Counted from the stretch's first letter, positions 33,110 through 45,769 are shown. The stretch: 64,000 nucleotides of DNA from Antechinus flavipes (GCF_016432865.1 NC_067403.1:261578001-261642000); one strand, 5' to 3'. Translations and numbers: made by a program. The notes: a model not told the origin generated them from the sequence alone.

Positions 33110-34280
33110 TCTTTCTTAATTTTTTTTATTGCTTTTTATTTACAAGGTATATGCATGGGTGATTTTACAGCATTGACAGTTGCAAATCCTTTTGTTCCAA
33201 CTTTTCCCCTCCTTCCCCGTCCCCTTCCCCCATGGCAGGTTGACCAATACATGTTAAATATATCAAAGTATAAATTAAATACAATATAAGCATACATGTC
33301 CAAACAGTTATTTTGCTGTACAAAAAGAATCAAACTCTGAAATAGTGTACAATTAGCCTCTGAAGGAAATCCAAAATGCAGGTGGACAAAACTAGAGGGA
33401 TTGGGAATTCAGTGTAATGGTTCTTAGTCATCTCCCAGTGTCCTTTCGCTGGGTGTCGCTGGCTCAGTTCATTCCTGCTCCATTGGAACTGATTTGGTTC
33501 ATCTGATTGTTGAAGAGGGCCACGTCGGTCAGAATTGATCATCATATAGTATTGTGGTTGAAGTATATAATGATCTTCTGGTCCTGCTCATTTCCCTCAG
33601 CATCAGTTCATGTCAGTCTCTCCAGGACTTTCTGAAATCCTCCTGCTGGTCATTTCTTTATTTTTTAAAAATAATTATAATTATTTAATAATAATTATTG
33701 ACAGAACCCATGCCAGGGTAATTTTTTACAACATTATCCCTTGCACTCGCTTCTGTTCCGATTTTTCCCCTCCCTCTCTCCACCCCCTCCCCCAGATGGC
33801 AAGCAGTCCTATACATGTTAAATAGATTACAGTGTATCCTAGATACAATCTATGTGTGCAGAATCGAACAGTTCTCTTGTTGCACAGGGAGAATTGAATT
33901 CAGAAGGTAGAAATAACCCGGGAAGAAAAACCAAAATGCAAGCAGTTTACATTCATTTCCCAGGGTTCTTTCTTTGGGTGTAGCTGCTTCTGTCCATCCT
34001 TGATCAATTGAAACTACAATAAATCTCTTTGTCGAAGAAATCCACTTCTATCAGAATACATCCTCAAACAGTATCATTGTTGAGGTGCATAATGATCTCC
34101 TGGTTCTGCTCATTTCACTCAGCATCAGTTCCTGTAAGTCTCTCCAGGCCTCTCTGTATTCATCCTGCTGGTCATTTCTTACAGAACAATAATATTCCAT
34201 AACATTCTTATACCACAATTTATTCTCGATTCTCCAGTTGATGGGCATCCACTCAGTTTCCAATTTCTGGCCACTACAAG
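33110..34280 (-). mobile_element. Two adjacent 5'-truncated L1 3' ends (about 33110-33660 and 33665-34280)
   Basis: ORF2 C-terminus ENKLWYKNVMEYYCSVRNDQQDEYREAWRDLQELMLSEMSRTRR, 3' UTRs and T-rich tails on +. Confidence 0.9.
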
Positions 34281-35419
34281 AAGGGATAGCCCTTTACTTT
34301 CAACTTTACACTATCAGTGCAAATAAATCCCTTTTCTTTACCCATTCACTGGTCCTTAGTTTTTCTTATTTCCTCATACAGGGTTACTCTTTCTTCTGTT
34401 TACTCAGTTTCTCTAGTAAACCCCTTTTTGGTTCTGTACTGGGTACAGATACAACAGTTCCTACCAATTTCTTTAAGGGTCTTTGGGCAATCGATTAGTT
34501 ACAATCATTGTTTTGTTTTTATAAGTGACAGGCAAATAGACTCAAAAACAACTCAGTCCAACAAGCTCCTCTTTTAGGGATGTCACAGATTTTCAAAGGC
34601 AGGATGATTTTAGAGAAGAAACCAGTTTTTTTCTTTTTTCTTTCTTTATTTATTTGAAACCAGTTTTTTTCTCAAAATTAATCTCTCTTATGCTAGAAAA
34701 AAACATTCATCCGGTTATTTTGGCAGTGCCCAAGAGATATGGTCAAAGCACAGGAACGTAAGGGAAAACTATAATAGAGAGTATACTTTTCTGAAGGACT
34801 CAGATGTAATTTTTTATCTATTTCTTTTCAAATCGCCCAAAATGAAGTCCATTTATTTTGTTCTTTAAATAATTTGCAAGTTCTGCTTTTCCCTTCCAAA
34901 ATCTCAGTATTTTATAGCTTTATAAACCATATGCTCACTTTATTCTGATCTTTTCCAAGCACTTTGTCCTAGTTGTGCATGTTAATTTCTGTATCTATTT
35001 TATATGTATACATATATACACATAAATGTGTGTATATATTTGTATGCGTATTGTTCAGTTGTATCTTCAATAATTCTTTCCCTAACTTACAGCCTCATTA
35101 TACAATTTGTACTTATTTTCACTAACCAAGTGATTTCAACACATTTTTTCTGTGCTTTTAATTTACCTAAACAACTGATTTAAACTGCAGTGCTAGCACT
35201 GAATTTCACTTGCCTTCAGTTGCTTTCTGATTTCAAAATAAGTTTTCTTTTTCTGGGAGCATTTTGGGACCCACCTTCAATCAGTGTCCCAATCAGGATA
35301 TATTTGGTGCTTTCAAGTTGGTTGTTTAAAAACAGTAAACATAGGAGATAAAATGAACTCCAATTCTACTCACTTTTATCCTTTTCTTGTTCCTTATTCT
35401 GCCTTCTAGTATCTGCAGA

Positions 35420-35900
35420 GGGCCGGACTCTGGACAGGTTTACTTGAAACAAGGTGTTTAGCTCGGTGGAATTGATGAGATGATGCTTCTCTAGTTCCCA
35501 TAGATACTTAGTGCTTAGCACGGTGATGTCATGATTCTCCAGTTCCCATAGATACTTAGTGCTCAGCGTGATGATGTCATAGTTCTCTAGTTCCCATAGA
35601 TACTCAGTATGGTGATGTCACAGTTCTCTAGTTCCCATAGATACTCAGTGTGGTGATGTCACGGTTCTCTAGTTTCCATAGATACTCAGTATGGTGATGT
35701 CACGGTTCTCTAGTTTGCCCACGCTCAGTGTGGTGTAATGATGTAATTGTACTGAGGTATATAAGGGCTGAGGACTGGAAGTGAGACACTGCACCTCTGA
35801 CCAGCCTCCTGCTGGCCCTCCTGCCTCCTGCCTCCTCCACCTAAAGGCCCTCCAGAACTTATCCCAACTTTAAGTACAGTCGTTAAACAGGGGTTTACTG
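35420..35900 (+). mobile_element. LTR-like element with internal ~40-bp tandem repeats
   Basis: Repeated gtgatgtcatagttctctagttcccatagatactcagt, followed by a TATATAAG box (~35757). The same repeat recurs at 37015-37080 and 37465-37570. Confidence 0.6.
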
Positions 35901-36764
35901 GGTGTGATTGATGGTTCTCTATGCTTGGTGCATGGGGCGATGTCATGGTTGTACAGTTGGCACATGCTCAGTGTGCCGTAGTGATGTCATCGCCCTGAGG
36001 TGTGTAAGGGCCGAGAGGCCTGGGAACTGCTGTCTCAGACGCTTTCTGTGGGAAGTCCTGGGGCTCGGGGAGTTGGAGATTTTTCCAAACAAATCCCTGA
36101 ATATTACAGTGCCCACCCTCAGGCTGCCCCATGGGAAATGGCTGCGCTTGCTTCATAGGAGACGGGGAATCTGCGGGTCTTCAGAAGGAACAGCCAGTAA
36201 GGCAGGTCCCTGGGGCTCGGTCCAGTTCTTTTCAGGCAGTTACTCAGAAGTGGGGCTCCTGGCCCGGACCCCTGCAGGAGAGGCGGGGTCGGGCTTAAGG
36301 GGAGCAATGCATCCTAAGGGCTCCCAATTAGGCCGGGTTTTTCTTCCTGCACTGTCTGAATCTCCTTCTAATCCCTCCATTAGGGGCCGGTGGATCCCTT
36401 GGATATGGGGCTTGGGGTCTTCTCTCACCCTGTCCTCTCCTCTCTTTGCCTCCGTTGAGCTTTCAAATCCCCTGTTTTTCCACATTCACAGTCTCGTCTC
36501 CTTGCCTGGGGCCCGGGCCAGCTTTCGGGAGGCCCTCGGAATGGGACTTGTTTCTGGGGGGGAGGCAGGAGGCCCGCGGCGGTCTCCGTCTCGGTCCGAG
36601 CGCTCGTGCTCCAGCCTCAGCCGCTGTCTTTCAGTCCCCCCTAGGTCTGACTCTGGCCTCTTAAACGCTCTATTACAATTAAATGCACTCATCCCACTGA
36701 GTACCAGCCAGTCATTACATCACCAGGGAGCCACCATTTGTTGCAAGATTAATTGAGTCACTAC

Positions 36765-37790
36765 ATGACCTGATGCTGAGGGAAACGAGCAGGACCAGGA
36801 GATCCTTATATACCTCAACAACGATACTGTTTGAGGATGTATTCTGATGGAAGTGGATCTCTTCCATAAAGAGAGCCTTAATTGATCAAAGATGGACAGA
36901 AGCAGCTACACCCAGAGAAAGAACACTGGGAAATGAATAGAAACTGCTTGCATTTATGTTTTTCTTCCCGGGTTATTTCTACCTTCTGAATTCAATTCTC
37001 CCTGTGCAACAGTGCTCAGTACTCAGCAGGTGATGTCATGGTTCTCTAGTTCCCATAGATACTCAGTATGGTGATGTCACTGACCCGTCCACCAGGTCAT
37101 CAAAGTGTGGGTCCCGAGGCTGGCATTTGTCTGTAAGGCTATGCCTGAAACGTAATGGGGTTAGAAATGAGGAGGGAGACTAGTTGGGGTGAAACAAAGT
37201 CTCAGTTTAATGAATGAAGAGGGTCCAGTTATATACATTTCTGAGTGGGGGGTAGCAAAGTAAAGAATGTCACACCAGATGTGTGGCAGACATCCTGGAG
37301 CCTAATCGTTATCTTGCACCTGGGCTGATAGGGCCAATTTTCTGGGATACACATCATCTTGTCTCAGGAGTTTAGGGTGTATAGTTTGTTTACGATAAGG
37401 TTGTAGCTTCAGAATTTATGTGCAGGCGATTACATTCTTCTTTAGCTCTTTGATTCCAAGGACATGGTCTCAGTACTCAGCAGGTGATGTCATGGTTCCG
37501 TAGTTCCCATAGATACTCAGTATGGTGATGTCACGGTTCTCTAATTTGCCCACGCTCAGTGTGGTGTAATGGTGGAGGAATTCTGCACACATATATTGTA
37601 TCTAGGCTATACTGTAACCTATTCAACATGTAAAGGGCTGCTTGCCATCTGGGGGAGGGGGTGGAAGGAGGGAGGCAGAGGAAAAGTCGGAACAGAAGCG
37701 AGTGCAAGGGATAATGTTGTAAAAATTACCCAGGCATGGGCTCCATCAATAAAAAGTTATAATTATGAAAAAAGAAAATGAATTGTAGAG
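36765..37790 (+). mobile_element. L1 3' end interrupted by nested LTR-like sequences (inner LTR about 37081-37465, - strand)
   Basis: The L1 3' UTR stops at about 37012 and resumes at about 37580, ending aataaaaagttataattatgaaaaaagaaaa. Confidence 0.7.
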
Positions 37791-38434
37791 ATTAATATCT
37801 GGCTCTCCTTTTACACAAATGAATTGCACGTAAAAGCAAAAGTGTAATTAGTATCCAATTATAGTTGTTTGGAATCCAGCAGTTACCCAAGAAGTTCTTA
37901 TTAAATATTTCCTATATAAATGAAAAAAAGACATTAATTGAGTCACACTGAACTAGTGAACTATTGGTCACTGAGCTAAACTAGAGAACCACTGTCTCAT
38001 CCATACCACTGAGTTAGCACCTTGTAAGGACTCTGGTTTGAGAGTTCTGGCCCATTACAATAGGTGACCCCTGCCCTTCCCCAGTAGGTGACCTCTGCCC
38101 TTCCCAGTCCATCCATACAAAGCCGGGGCTGCAGTTTAATTTCCTCCAGTTTAATTCCACCCTCATCAGTTGCCGGGAACGGTCGGGTCCTTTGTCCGCT
38201 GAGCCCCAGTTTCCTCTCGGTTGATTGGGGTCACCGATGCAGATCCCATCGGACAGGTGGCTTGGGCTTGGGGCTTGGGGGAATCTTGTTCAGTGAAAGC
38301 AAAGCTCTGGGTCCTAGGTCATTTTCAGTGGAGGACTTTTGGGGGAGGGCGGGCTGAGGGGGAGGGGCGCAGGTGGGGCCAGCCGGACCTTACCTCTTCT
38401 GTCTGTCTCTCCCCAGAGTCCTGAGTGCCCGCTC

Positions 38435-41400
38435 ATGGGCCCAGCGGTGCAGGCCGGGGAGTCGGGGAGCCTGGCTCCTGTACGGGCCGCCCAGGTGCCG
38501 AGTGCTCCGGGTCTGGGCTCCCCGGGGGCCGCCCAGGTGCCGGGTGTTCCGGGTCTGGGCAGCCCGGGGGCCACCCAGGTGCCAGGTGTTCCAGGTCTGG
38601 GCTCCCCGGGGGCCACTCAGGTGCCAGGTGTTCCAGGTCTGGGCTTCCCGGGGGCCGCCCAGGTGCCAGGTGTTCCGGGTCTGGGCTCCCCGGGGGCCGC
38701 CCAGGTGCCAGGTGTTCCGGGTCTGGGCTCCCCGGGGGCCACCCAGGTGCCAGGCGCTCCGGCTCTGAGCTCCCCGGGGCTGGCCTCTGGGGATGCCCTT
38801 CCAAAGGCAGGATCTTCCTTGAAGACGAGACGTTCTGCGAAAGGTGGGTGTCTCTACAGACTTTTTGGGCGGACGCGGCTGCAGGAGCTCGGCCGAGGGA
38901 GGGCCCCTGAATCGGACCGTTAGCTCCCGCTGGCACCGGCCTGGCACCTGGAGAGGTGGCGGCTGTCAGGAAAGGCCCTCGGTGGATGGCAGGGCTGAGG
39001 TGGGCCGCGGGCAGCCAGCCAGTTCTGTCTCCCCTAGAGGACGCCTTCTACAGCCGGAGGAGAAATCGGAACCAGAAGTTTCTCTTCCTCGAGGCGGAGA
39101 AGAAGAAGGCCTTTTGGGAGGCCCACGTGGTGCAGCACAGGCACTACGGCGCGCGGACCACCTGCACCCACCTCAGGAAGAAGTACTACTGGCCGGGCAT
39201 GGCCCTCGACGTCAAGAAGTGGGTAGGAGCGGGTACGGGGAGGGCGGGCAGCCGGTTGGCACGGGGGCATCCCGATCCTGCCTCAGAACCCCCGGCAGGC
39301 GACCCTGGCCAGCTGTGTTCTCAGGCACCTGGGCCCCCATGGCCCCGAGCTCCCCCTGGATCCTCTGGCCTTGGCCAGGCTGCTCCCTCATGAGTCCAGG
39401 GGCTGGACCCCAATGGACAGTGACGGCCCTAGAAGAGGCGCTCAGGGGGCTGGGGGGCTGGGCCTGGATCCCCTAGGGAGCCCCTCCCTCTGGGGATTTC
39501 ATCCAGCTTGACCTTAACCCAGGAATAGGCTGACTGGGGAGACTTGGTGGACCCAACCTGCCATGGGCAGACAGCTGAGAGCTCACCCACTGCCCGGGGC
39601 CTGTGCCCATCAGCAAGAGGGATTGGGGATGGGGAGGGGCACTGCCCAGAGGGGCGACCTCGGCTGGGGCCCTCAAGTTCAGTTTACCCCTCTATACAGT
39701 GGGTACTGTGTGGGGCAAGCCCTTGTGGATCACTGACTGTCCGGTCTGCGCAAGTCCTTGCAACGTGAATGGGAAGTGCCCACGAGAGCGGGGGAGCAGG
39801 TCGGGGGCCGCCAGCCCCCTCCCATCTCTGGGCGGACCCAGAAGCCCTGTGCTCTCCTCACCCCCAGGTCAAGATGTGCAGGAGATGCCTAGACAAAAGC
39901 ATACGGACCGCGGCCCACAATGCCCTGGTAGGTGCCTCAATGGGGGGCCCACGGGGCAGATGGCTGGGACTGGGGCTGAGAGGGTCAGGAACCTTCTTAG
40001 CCTCCTGGAAGCAAGGGCATGGGGGGATGGGGGAGTCCTGTCCCTCTCTCTCACCCTCCTGGAAGCAAGGGCATGGGGGGATGGGGGAGTCCTGTCCCCC
40101 TCTCTCACCCTCCTGGAAGCGGGGGGATGGGGGAGTCCTGTCCCCTCTCTCACCCTCCTGGAAGCGGGGGGATGGGGGAGTCCTGTCCCCCTCTCTCACC
40201 CTCCTGGAAGCGGGGGAATGGGGGAGTCCTGTCCCTCTCTCTCACCCTCCTGGAAGCGGGGGGATGGGGGAGTTCTGTCCCCCTCTCTCACCCTCCTGGA
40301 AGCGGGGGGATGGGGGAGTTCTGTTCCCCTCTCTCACCCTCCTGGAAGCAAGGGCATGGGGGGATGGGGGAGTCCTGTCCCCCTCTCTCACCCTCCTGGA
40401 AGCTGGGGCGTGGGGGGATGCCCCTCTCTTGCCCGGATGGGGTCATTTGCTGCTTCCCCTCGGTTTGAAGGAAGCCGGATCGCAGCAAGCGCCTCAAGGA
40501 GACGGCAGGATGGATCACTTCCCGCTAGCCCAGGTACCGGGGCGGGGGCAGCGGGGGAAGGGGTTCTGGTTTCTGGCAGCTCCAGAGCTGGGGTGGATCA
40601 TTTTTAGTTGTTCTTTTCTCATCAGCAGAAGTTGCACGTTCTCTCCCCTCAAGGAGGGAGACCCAAAGCAGCCCCGCGAGGCGCTCTCTGTCCCTCCCCC
40701 CGGGCTGCCACTTCTGTGCCCGGGTGGGGCCGGGGAATCTTTACCTCCTTGGGGCCAGTTCAGGGGAGCGAGGGTCCATCATCGGCTCCTCCCCACCCTT
40801 ACACAGGCTTCTCTCTTTGGTGCCCCTGGCGCCCAGGCTTCCTTCCTGCCCCCGTCCCACACAGTTCCCCCCGGGCTTTCCCTGAGTGTTTCCTTGTGCT
40901 CGCCGAGCCCCTATCCGAGCCCGGGCTCTTCTCCCCCCTCCGCAGGAACAAGGGCTCTTCACCTTTGTCAGCTTGCAGCTCCTGGGGCCCCTGCGGCAGA
41001 CGGCCCAGGGATTCTGCTTCGCCTTCGTGGCCGTGGACTACTTCACCAAGTGGGTGCGCGCCGCGCCCATGCATTCCTGCTCCGTCAGGGAGACCAGCGC
41101 GCAGATCCTGGAGCTGGTGAAGAGGTTCGGGTTGCCAGAAGGGATCATCAGCACCGCGTCGAGCAGTTTCATCCTCCAGGTATGAAGGCGCCATCGTGGC
41201 CCCAAGTGGCCCACGGTCAGGGCCGGGGCTGCAGGGAGCAGGAAGCGAGATCCTGGCCCCTTAGCGCCACAGCTCAGCCGGGACGCTGGGCTGGGGGGCT
41301 CTCGACCCCGAACGTTCTCCTGGGGAGTCCCTGTTTGCCTCCGTCTCCCCTGGATGGGAGGGGGGCGAAGATGGGGGCAAACGGGGCCTGTATTGAATGC

Positions 41401-44218
41401 TGGGCATCCTGACCAGGCAAGCTGGGTGCGGGAGTGGGATGCTCAGCATGAGAGAGGCAGTAAAGCGCGGCGAGCAGGGAGTGCCGGGCAGGAGCGGTGT
41501 ACGGTGCTGGAGGCAGGTGGGGACTGGCAGGGCGGCCTCAGGAAGGGGCAGCTCCGGGCCTGCTGGGCACTGCGCCGGCCCCCACACACACACATTCTTG
41601 CCACATAATCATCCTTCTCATTCCCTTTTCTGTGAAATACCACCCGGTGACAAAACGTTCCGCCACATGCCGGGAATGGGCGTTCCTCTGAGTTTCTGAT
41701 TCTCGGCCCCCACAGAAAGGGACGCTTTAACACTTGGGTCTACGTAGGCCCCTTTGCTTTTCTGCTTCGGAGATAACAGGTCCAGGCTGGGCCGGCACTG
41801 GATCAGAGACACGCAGTTTAGGGCCTGAAGGCAGAGGTAGCTCTGGATTGCTTTCCAAAGGGACCACAGCTCCACCAACCATGTAGCAGTGTTCCTCGTG
41901 GCCTCGCCAACAACTTGCATTTTCGTTTTTTGTCATCTTGAGCCACTGGTTCCCATTGGAACCTGAAAATTCTTCTTTGGTCTTGCAACTCTTTAATTCT
42001 TCATGCTTTTGTGTATTGGGGGGGGGGGGGATGTTTTGGGTTTTTAAATTTTTGTTTTTGATACAGATTTTGAGAACTTGCATTTTTTTTCCTAAAAGCT
42101 TCCTTGCAGAGTTGCCTCGACACAAAGGAGAGAGCGTGGCTACCTGCCCTTATGGAGCCCAAGAACCCCCTGGGGACTGAAACTAATAGAAGTTAGCTAG
42201 CTAGCACCTCAGATATCCTAACAGCATGTTGGGTTGCCTTGTGCGTAAGGGAGTAAGTTCCCCATCATCCAAGGAATCCAAGAAATTAGATTTTCTTTTG
42301 CGTCTAGGGGAGGTCCCTTGAAACTGGAATGGCAGCCCAGCCACCACCTCTTGTGACTGGAGCTTCTGCCCTTCTGCCTCGAACCCCAGAGTGGCCATAG
42401 CTTCCTTGGCCCCTCTCTTCTGATTAATTGGGGTTTTGGTCTTATTCTTTCAGATAAACAAATTTTTGAAAATGGCTTTGAAAATGCAAAACAGCCTGGT
42501 TGTTAAATACAATCCCCAAACAGATGGGTGCCTGAAAAGCATCAGGTCCTTTGTGACTAGGTGAGCTTCACCCGGGATGGGGGGACAGGCTGGGGGCCCC
42601 GTGGTCTGAGCAGCTTCTCCCTGTCACCTCCCCTTGGATCCTGATGGGCCCCAGAGGAGCGGGTGGCCACCTAAGCAGGCTGTGGAGGGTGTGCCCATCC
42701 GGATGGAGCTGCCCGTGTGCCTGTGTTGCCCACTTAAGTGGGCCATGGTGGGCGTGTCCACCCAGATGGAGCTTCTCATGCTGCCTATATAAGTGGGATA
42801 TGATGGCATGCCCATCCAGATGGAGCTGCCCGTGTGCCCGTGTTGCCTACTTAAGTGGGCCGTGGTGGGCGTGCCCATCCAAAGGTGCCCGTGGCCCCGG
42901 GAGGGCCCGCACTAAGCCCTGGCTGTAGACACGACCCGGCCCTTTGGGCCCCCACATTTCAGGATCCTTTCTCTGGTGCTGATCATGAACCCGACCGACT
43001 GGGACCACCACCTGCATAAGATTTTCTTCCTCCAGAACCGGTGTTCGGACTACTTCGTAAGTGCTTGGCTGGCAAGGCCGGCCTCCCCCTGGAGGGGGCA
43101 CCTCTGGGCTAAGGGCCACTCGGCTGGTCAGGCGGACGGGCTTGGGAAGGAGGAGGTGTGAGTGTGGGGCTTGGAGGCAGGTCTTGGGGCCCCTTCGGGA
43201 GCAGTCCTGGGCCAGCCCGGCTCTGTCCTGGGCCCCGTGGCCTCTGCCTCAGTCATCACTTGTCACGCTCCCCAGACGCCTCCTAGCTGGGCGAGACACT
43301 TCATGGTGCTTCCCTCAGTTTCCTCATCTGTAAAATGGGAGAAGGAAATGGCCAAGCCCCCCAGTGTCTGCCAAGAAAGCCGCGAATGGGGCCATGGACA
43401 GACACAACTGGAGACTATTGGACAAAAACTGGGGGAAAGCGGAGGGGGTCCGGTTGTGGGACTGCGGCCGGGACGACGTGATCCATAGAACTGGATGGCG
43501 GGTGAGGGCCGGAGAGCGGGCTGTGTCCAGGGGACTCGGGCCTGACCCACAGGCCTCGTCCCGTCTCCGTCTCTAGGAGGAGGAAGACGAGGGTGACCTG
43601 AGGAAGCTCCATGGCGAGTCACCAGGGGCTGCCTGGGCCCCACCCCCGCGGGTCCCAGAGCCCCCACAGCCCTCCCCAGAAAGCCAGAGGGACCCCCCGG
43701 CCAAAGCCCAGGGCGAGGACACCTGTTTGTATTGTTGCCGGCTCCCGGACGAGGGGGACAGTGACGTGTTTGCCGTGGTGAGTGGGCCAGCCCGGGCCCC
43801 TGAGGAAGGCAGACCCTGCCTGGTCCTGGCTCTGGGGGGGAGGGCTTGCGGACTCCTGGAGGGCAGGACAGGGAGGGAAGGGACAGGGCTTAGCTGGGAA
43901 GGAAAGGGGGATGCCCCTGCCACCCACCACCCCCACTCACGCGTGGACCTTGTCCCCTCCCCCCAGGTGCAGTGCGACAGGTGCCCGGCGTGGGCCCACG
44001 AGCAGTGTGTGCGGAGGCAGCTTGGACGGGTGGACCCCAAAATTAGCCTCCGCTGCAAAACCTGCCTCCTGGCAGTTGTTGGGGCGCAGCCAGGGCCCCA
44101 GACCCCCAGGGCTCTGGGAGCGGGGGACGGCGGGGCAGGCAGCGTGGGGCCCGCGGGGGGGCCGGGCCCCCAGCGTGGCCCAGGTGTGCCCAGCCATCAG
44201 CTTCCCCCTTCCAAGTAG
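38435..44218 (+). CDS. GIN/Ginger1-like integrase-PHD gene, copy C (534 aa from the ATG at 38435; up to about 953 aa with the upstream repeat exon)
   Basis: Exons: 38417-38843 (...LPKAGSSLKTRRSAK/G); 39038-39222 (DAFYSRRR...EAHVVQHRHYG...YYWPGMALDVKKW); 39868-39927 (VKMCRRC); 40471-40533 (linker ending LAQ); 40946-41179 (EQGLFTFVSLQLLGP...VDYFTKWV...RFGLPEGIISTASSSFILQ); 42454-42560 (INKFL...YNPQTDGCLKSIRSFVT); 42963-43056 (NPTDWDHHLHKIFFLQNR); 43577-43777 (EDTCLYC); 43967-44218 (VQCDRCPAWAHEQC...LRCKTC...*). The core exons have the same lengths as in A (185, 234 and 107 nt). Confidence 0.9.
38488..38780 (+). repeat. 42-bp coding tandem repeat (about 6.5 copies) in copy C
   Basis: Unit encodes PGLGSPGAAQVPGV. 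Confidence 0.92.
40008..40410. repeat. ~46-bp minisatellite (about 8 copies), intronic in copy C
   Basis: ggggggatgggggagtcctgtccccctctctcaccctcctggaagc; some units carry an extra aagggcat. Confidence 0.92.
42690..42890. repeat. Imperfect ~54-63-bp tandem repeat (about 3.3 copies), intronic in copy C
   Basis: gtgcccatcc.gatggagctgcccgtgtgcc.gtgttgcc.acttaagtgggcc.tggtgggc. Confidence 0.8.
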
Positions 44219-44661
44219 CTGGCGGGCCCTGAGGCCGCACGAGTGCCGGCTCCGGCTGGGACTGGCAAAGTCGCTCGGGCCAACGCCCGTCCGGCCTCCT
44301 CGATAGCCGACATCTGGTTGTTCCCAGTTTTTCACATCTGTTTTTCAAACTCCGAGCTCCGGATTCTCTGACCTGGTGCCCCCCGGGGGACCTTTGTGGG
44401 TGGGAGTCCGAGACTTCTGGGAAACCCTCCATTTTCCCTCTGGTTTCCATGAAGCTGGGACGGTTGAAAGTGGCCAAGGGCCATCACTTGGGCGCCCGCC
44501 TGCCGGGGGGGCCGCTCTGCCCACTGCGTGGGCGCAGGAAGCCATCACACCGGGAGTGCGTCTCTGGCCCAGGACCCCAGGCCCACCACCTCCTGACAAG
44601 GAGCGTTCCTTTACCCGTCTGTGGGGCGATTGCTTGCAGTTTTGCTCTGCCCAAATGGGGC

Positions 44662-44667
44662 ATTAAA
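44662..44667 (+). terminator. Candidate polyadenylation signal of copy C (ATTAAA; an AATAAA lies at 45092-45097)
   Basis: About 445 nt after the stop codon, followed by a T-rich tract. Confidence 0.4.
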
Positions 44668-45769
44668 ACAATCTTTCATTTGTTTGTAAGTCCCCGCGCC
44701 GAGCAGTTGTCAGCGGCCCCGAGGGCCCGTTTGTCCGTCCCGAGTCTGAAGTCTCAAAAATTAGATAAAATTGTCAATGGCTTCATCAGACATTGGGATG
44801 GAAACCTTTTCTGACTCGAGGAAAGCAAATTTCGGCCTCGATCGGCTCCCAAAATGGACGCTTCGTTGCTGTGCGGCTCCAGTGTCCCCGACGAATCGCG
44901 GGCCGAGAGACCTTGCCCCAGTCCTCCGCCCTTAGCTGGTGGTCAGGACTTGGAATTGCCTTTAAGACTAAAAAGCAGAAAGCAGGGGCAGCGGGGGCTC
45001 GGGGAAGGGGCGGCAGCCCTGGAGTCAGGGGCTCCCTCCTCACGCAGTTACTGCTGTGACCCCGGCAAGTGCCTGAACCCAGGAAAAAATCAATAAAAAT
45101 GAAAACGTGAAACGCGCTTCCATCGGGTTGGGGGGAAGAGAGGAGGGCTGTAAGTGACCCCCCTGGGATGAGGAAGGACTGAGGAAAGATGAGGGGAAAC
45201 GGGTCCAAGAAAGCAAGATTTGCCAGGAGACTGGAGGCGGGAAATGACTGAAAGAACGGAAACCCCTTCTCGGGCACTCTGAGGTGAGACCCCTCTTCCA
45301 GAAGCATCCTGGTGGGAGCTGGAGGCACAAGGCCACGGGGAGAGGACAAAGGCTGCTCTGGGGGGACTTGGAGCCCCAGGGAGGATCTTGGGAGGGAGGA
45401 GCAGGAGCCTCTCAGCCCCAAAGCCTGTCAGGGTGGGCCGGGAGCTCCAGGAGTCAGCTGCCCCCTCCCCCCCCCCCCCCACCAGATGTGCAGATTACAG
45501 CATCAGCAGGACCCAGGCCCAGAGCCACGGTGGGGACGGCTGGAGGAAGCGAACTCGCTGCGGAAACCTGAACACCCAGAGCGGGGACCCAGGCTGGGGA
45601 AGCGGCAGAGAACGCAGATGGACCTCCCGACACCAGCCCCCCCCGGGGTCCCCCGTCCCCCCCCACTGTCAGCCAACAGCAGCACCAGGGAGCCTCCGTG
45701 GCCGCCCTTCCCAGCCCAGCAGAGCCCTGTGCTGAGGGCAGCAAATGCCCAGAGCAGCAGAAGGGGCGA

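Noticed and set aside
10355-44218. Active or autonomous LTR retrotransposons or Ginger DNA transposons
   Set aside because: No RT, RNase H or gag, no LTRs or TIRs bracketing the genes, 8-10 spliceosomal introns, and catalytic Asp residues lost.
10355-44218. Calling the genes GIN1 or GIN2
   Set aside because: They have a PHD, lack the GPY/F region, and have different neighbours (GIN1: PAM/PPIP5K2; GIN2: OGFOD2/ABCB9, as recalled). No gene symbol was assigned.
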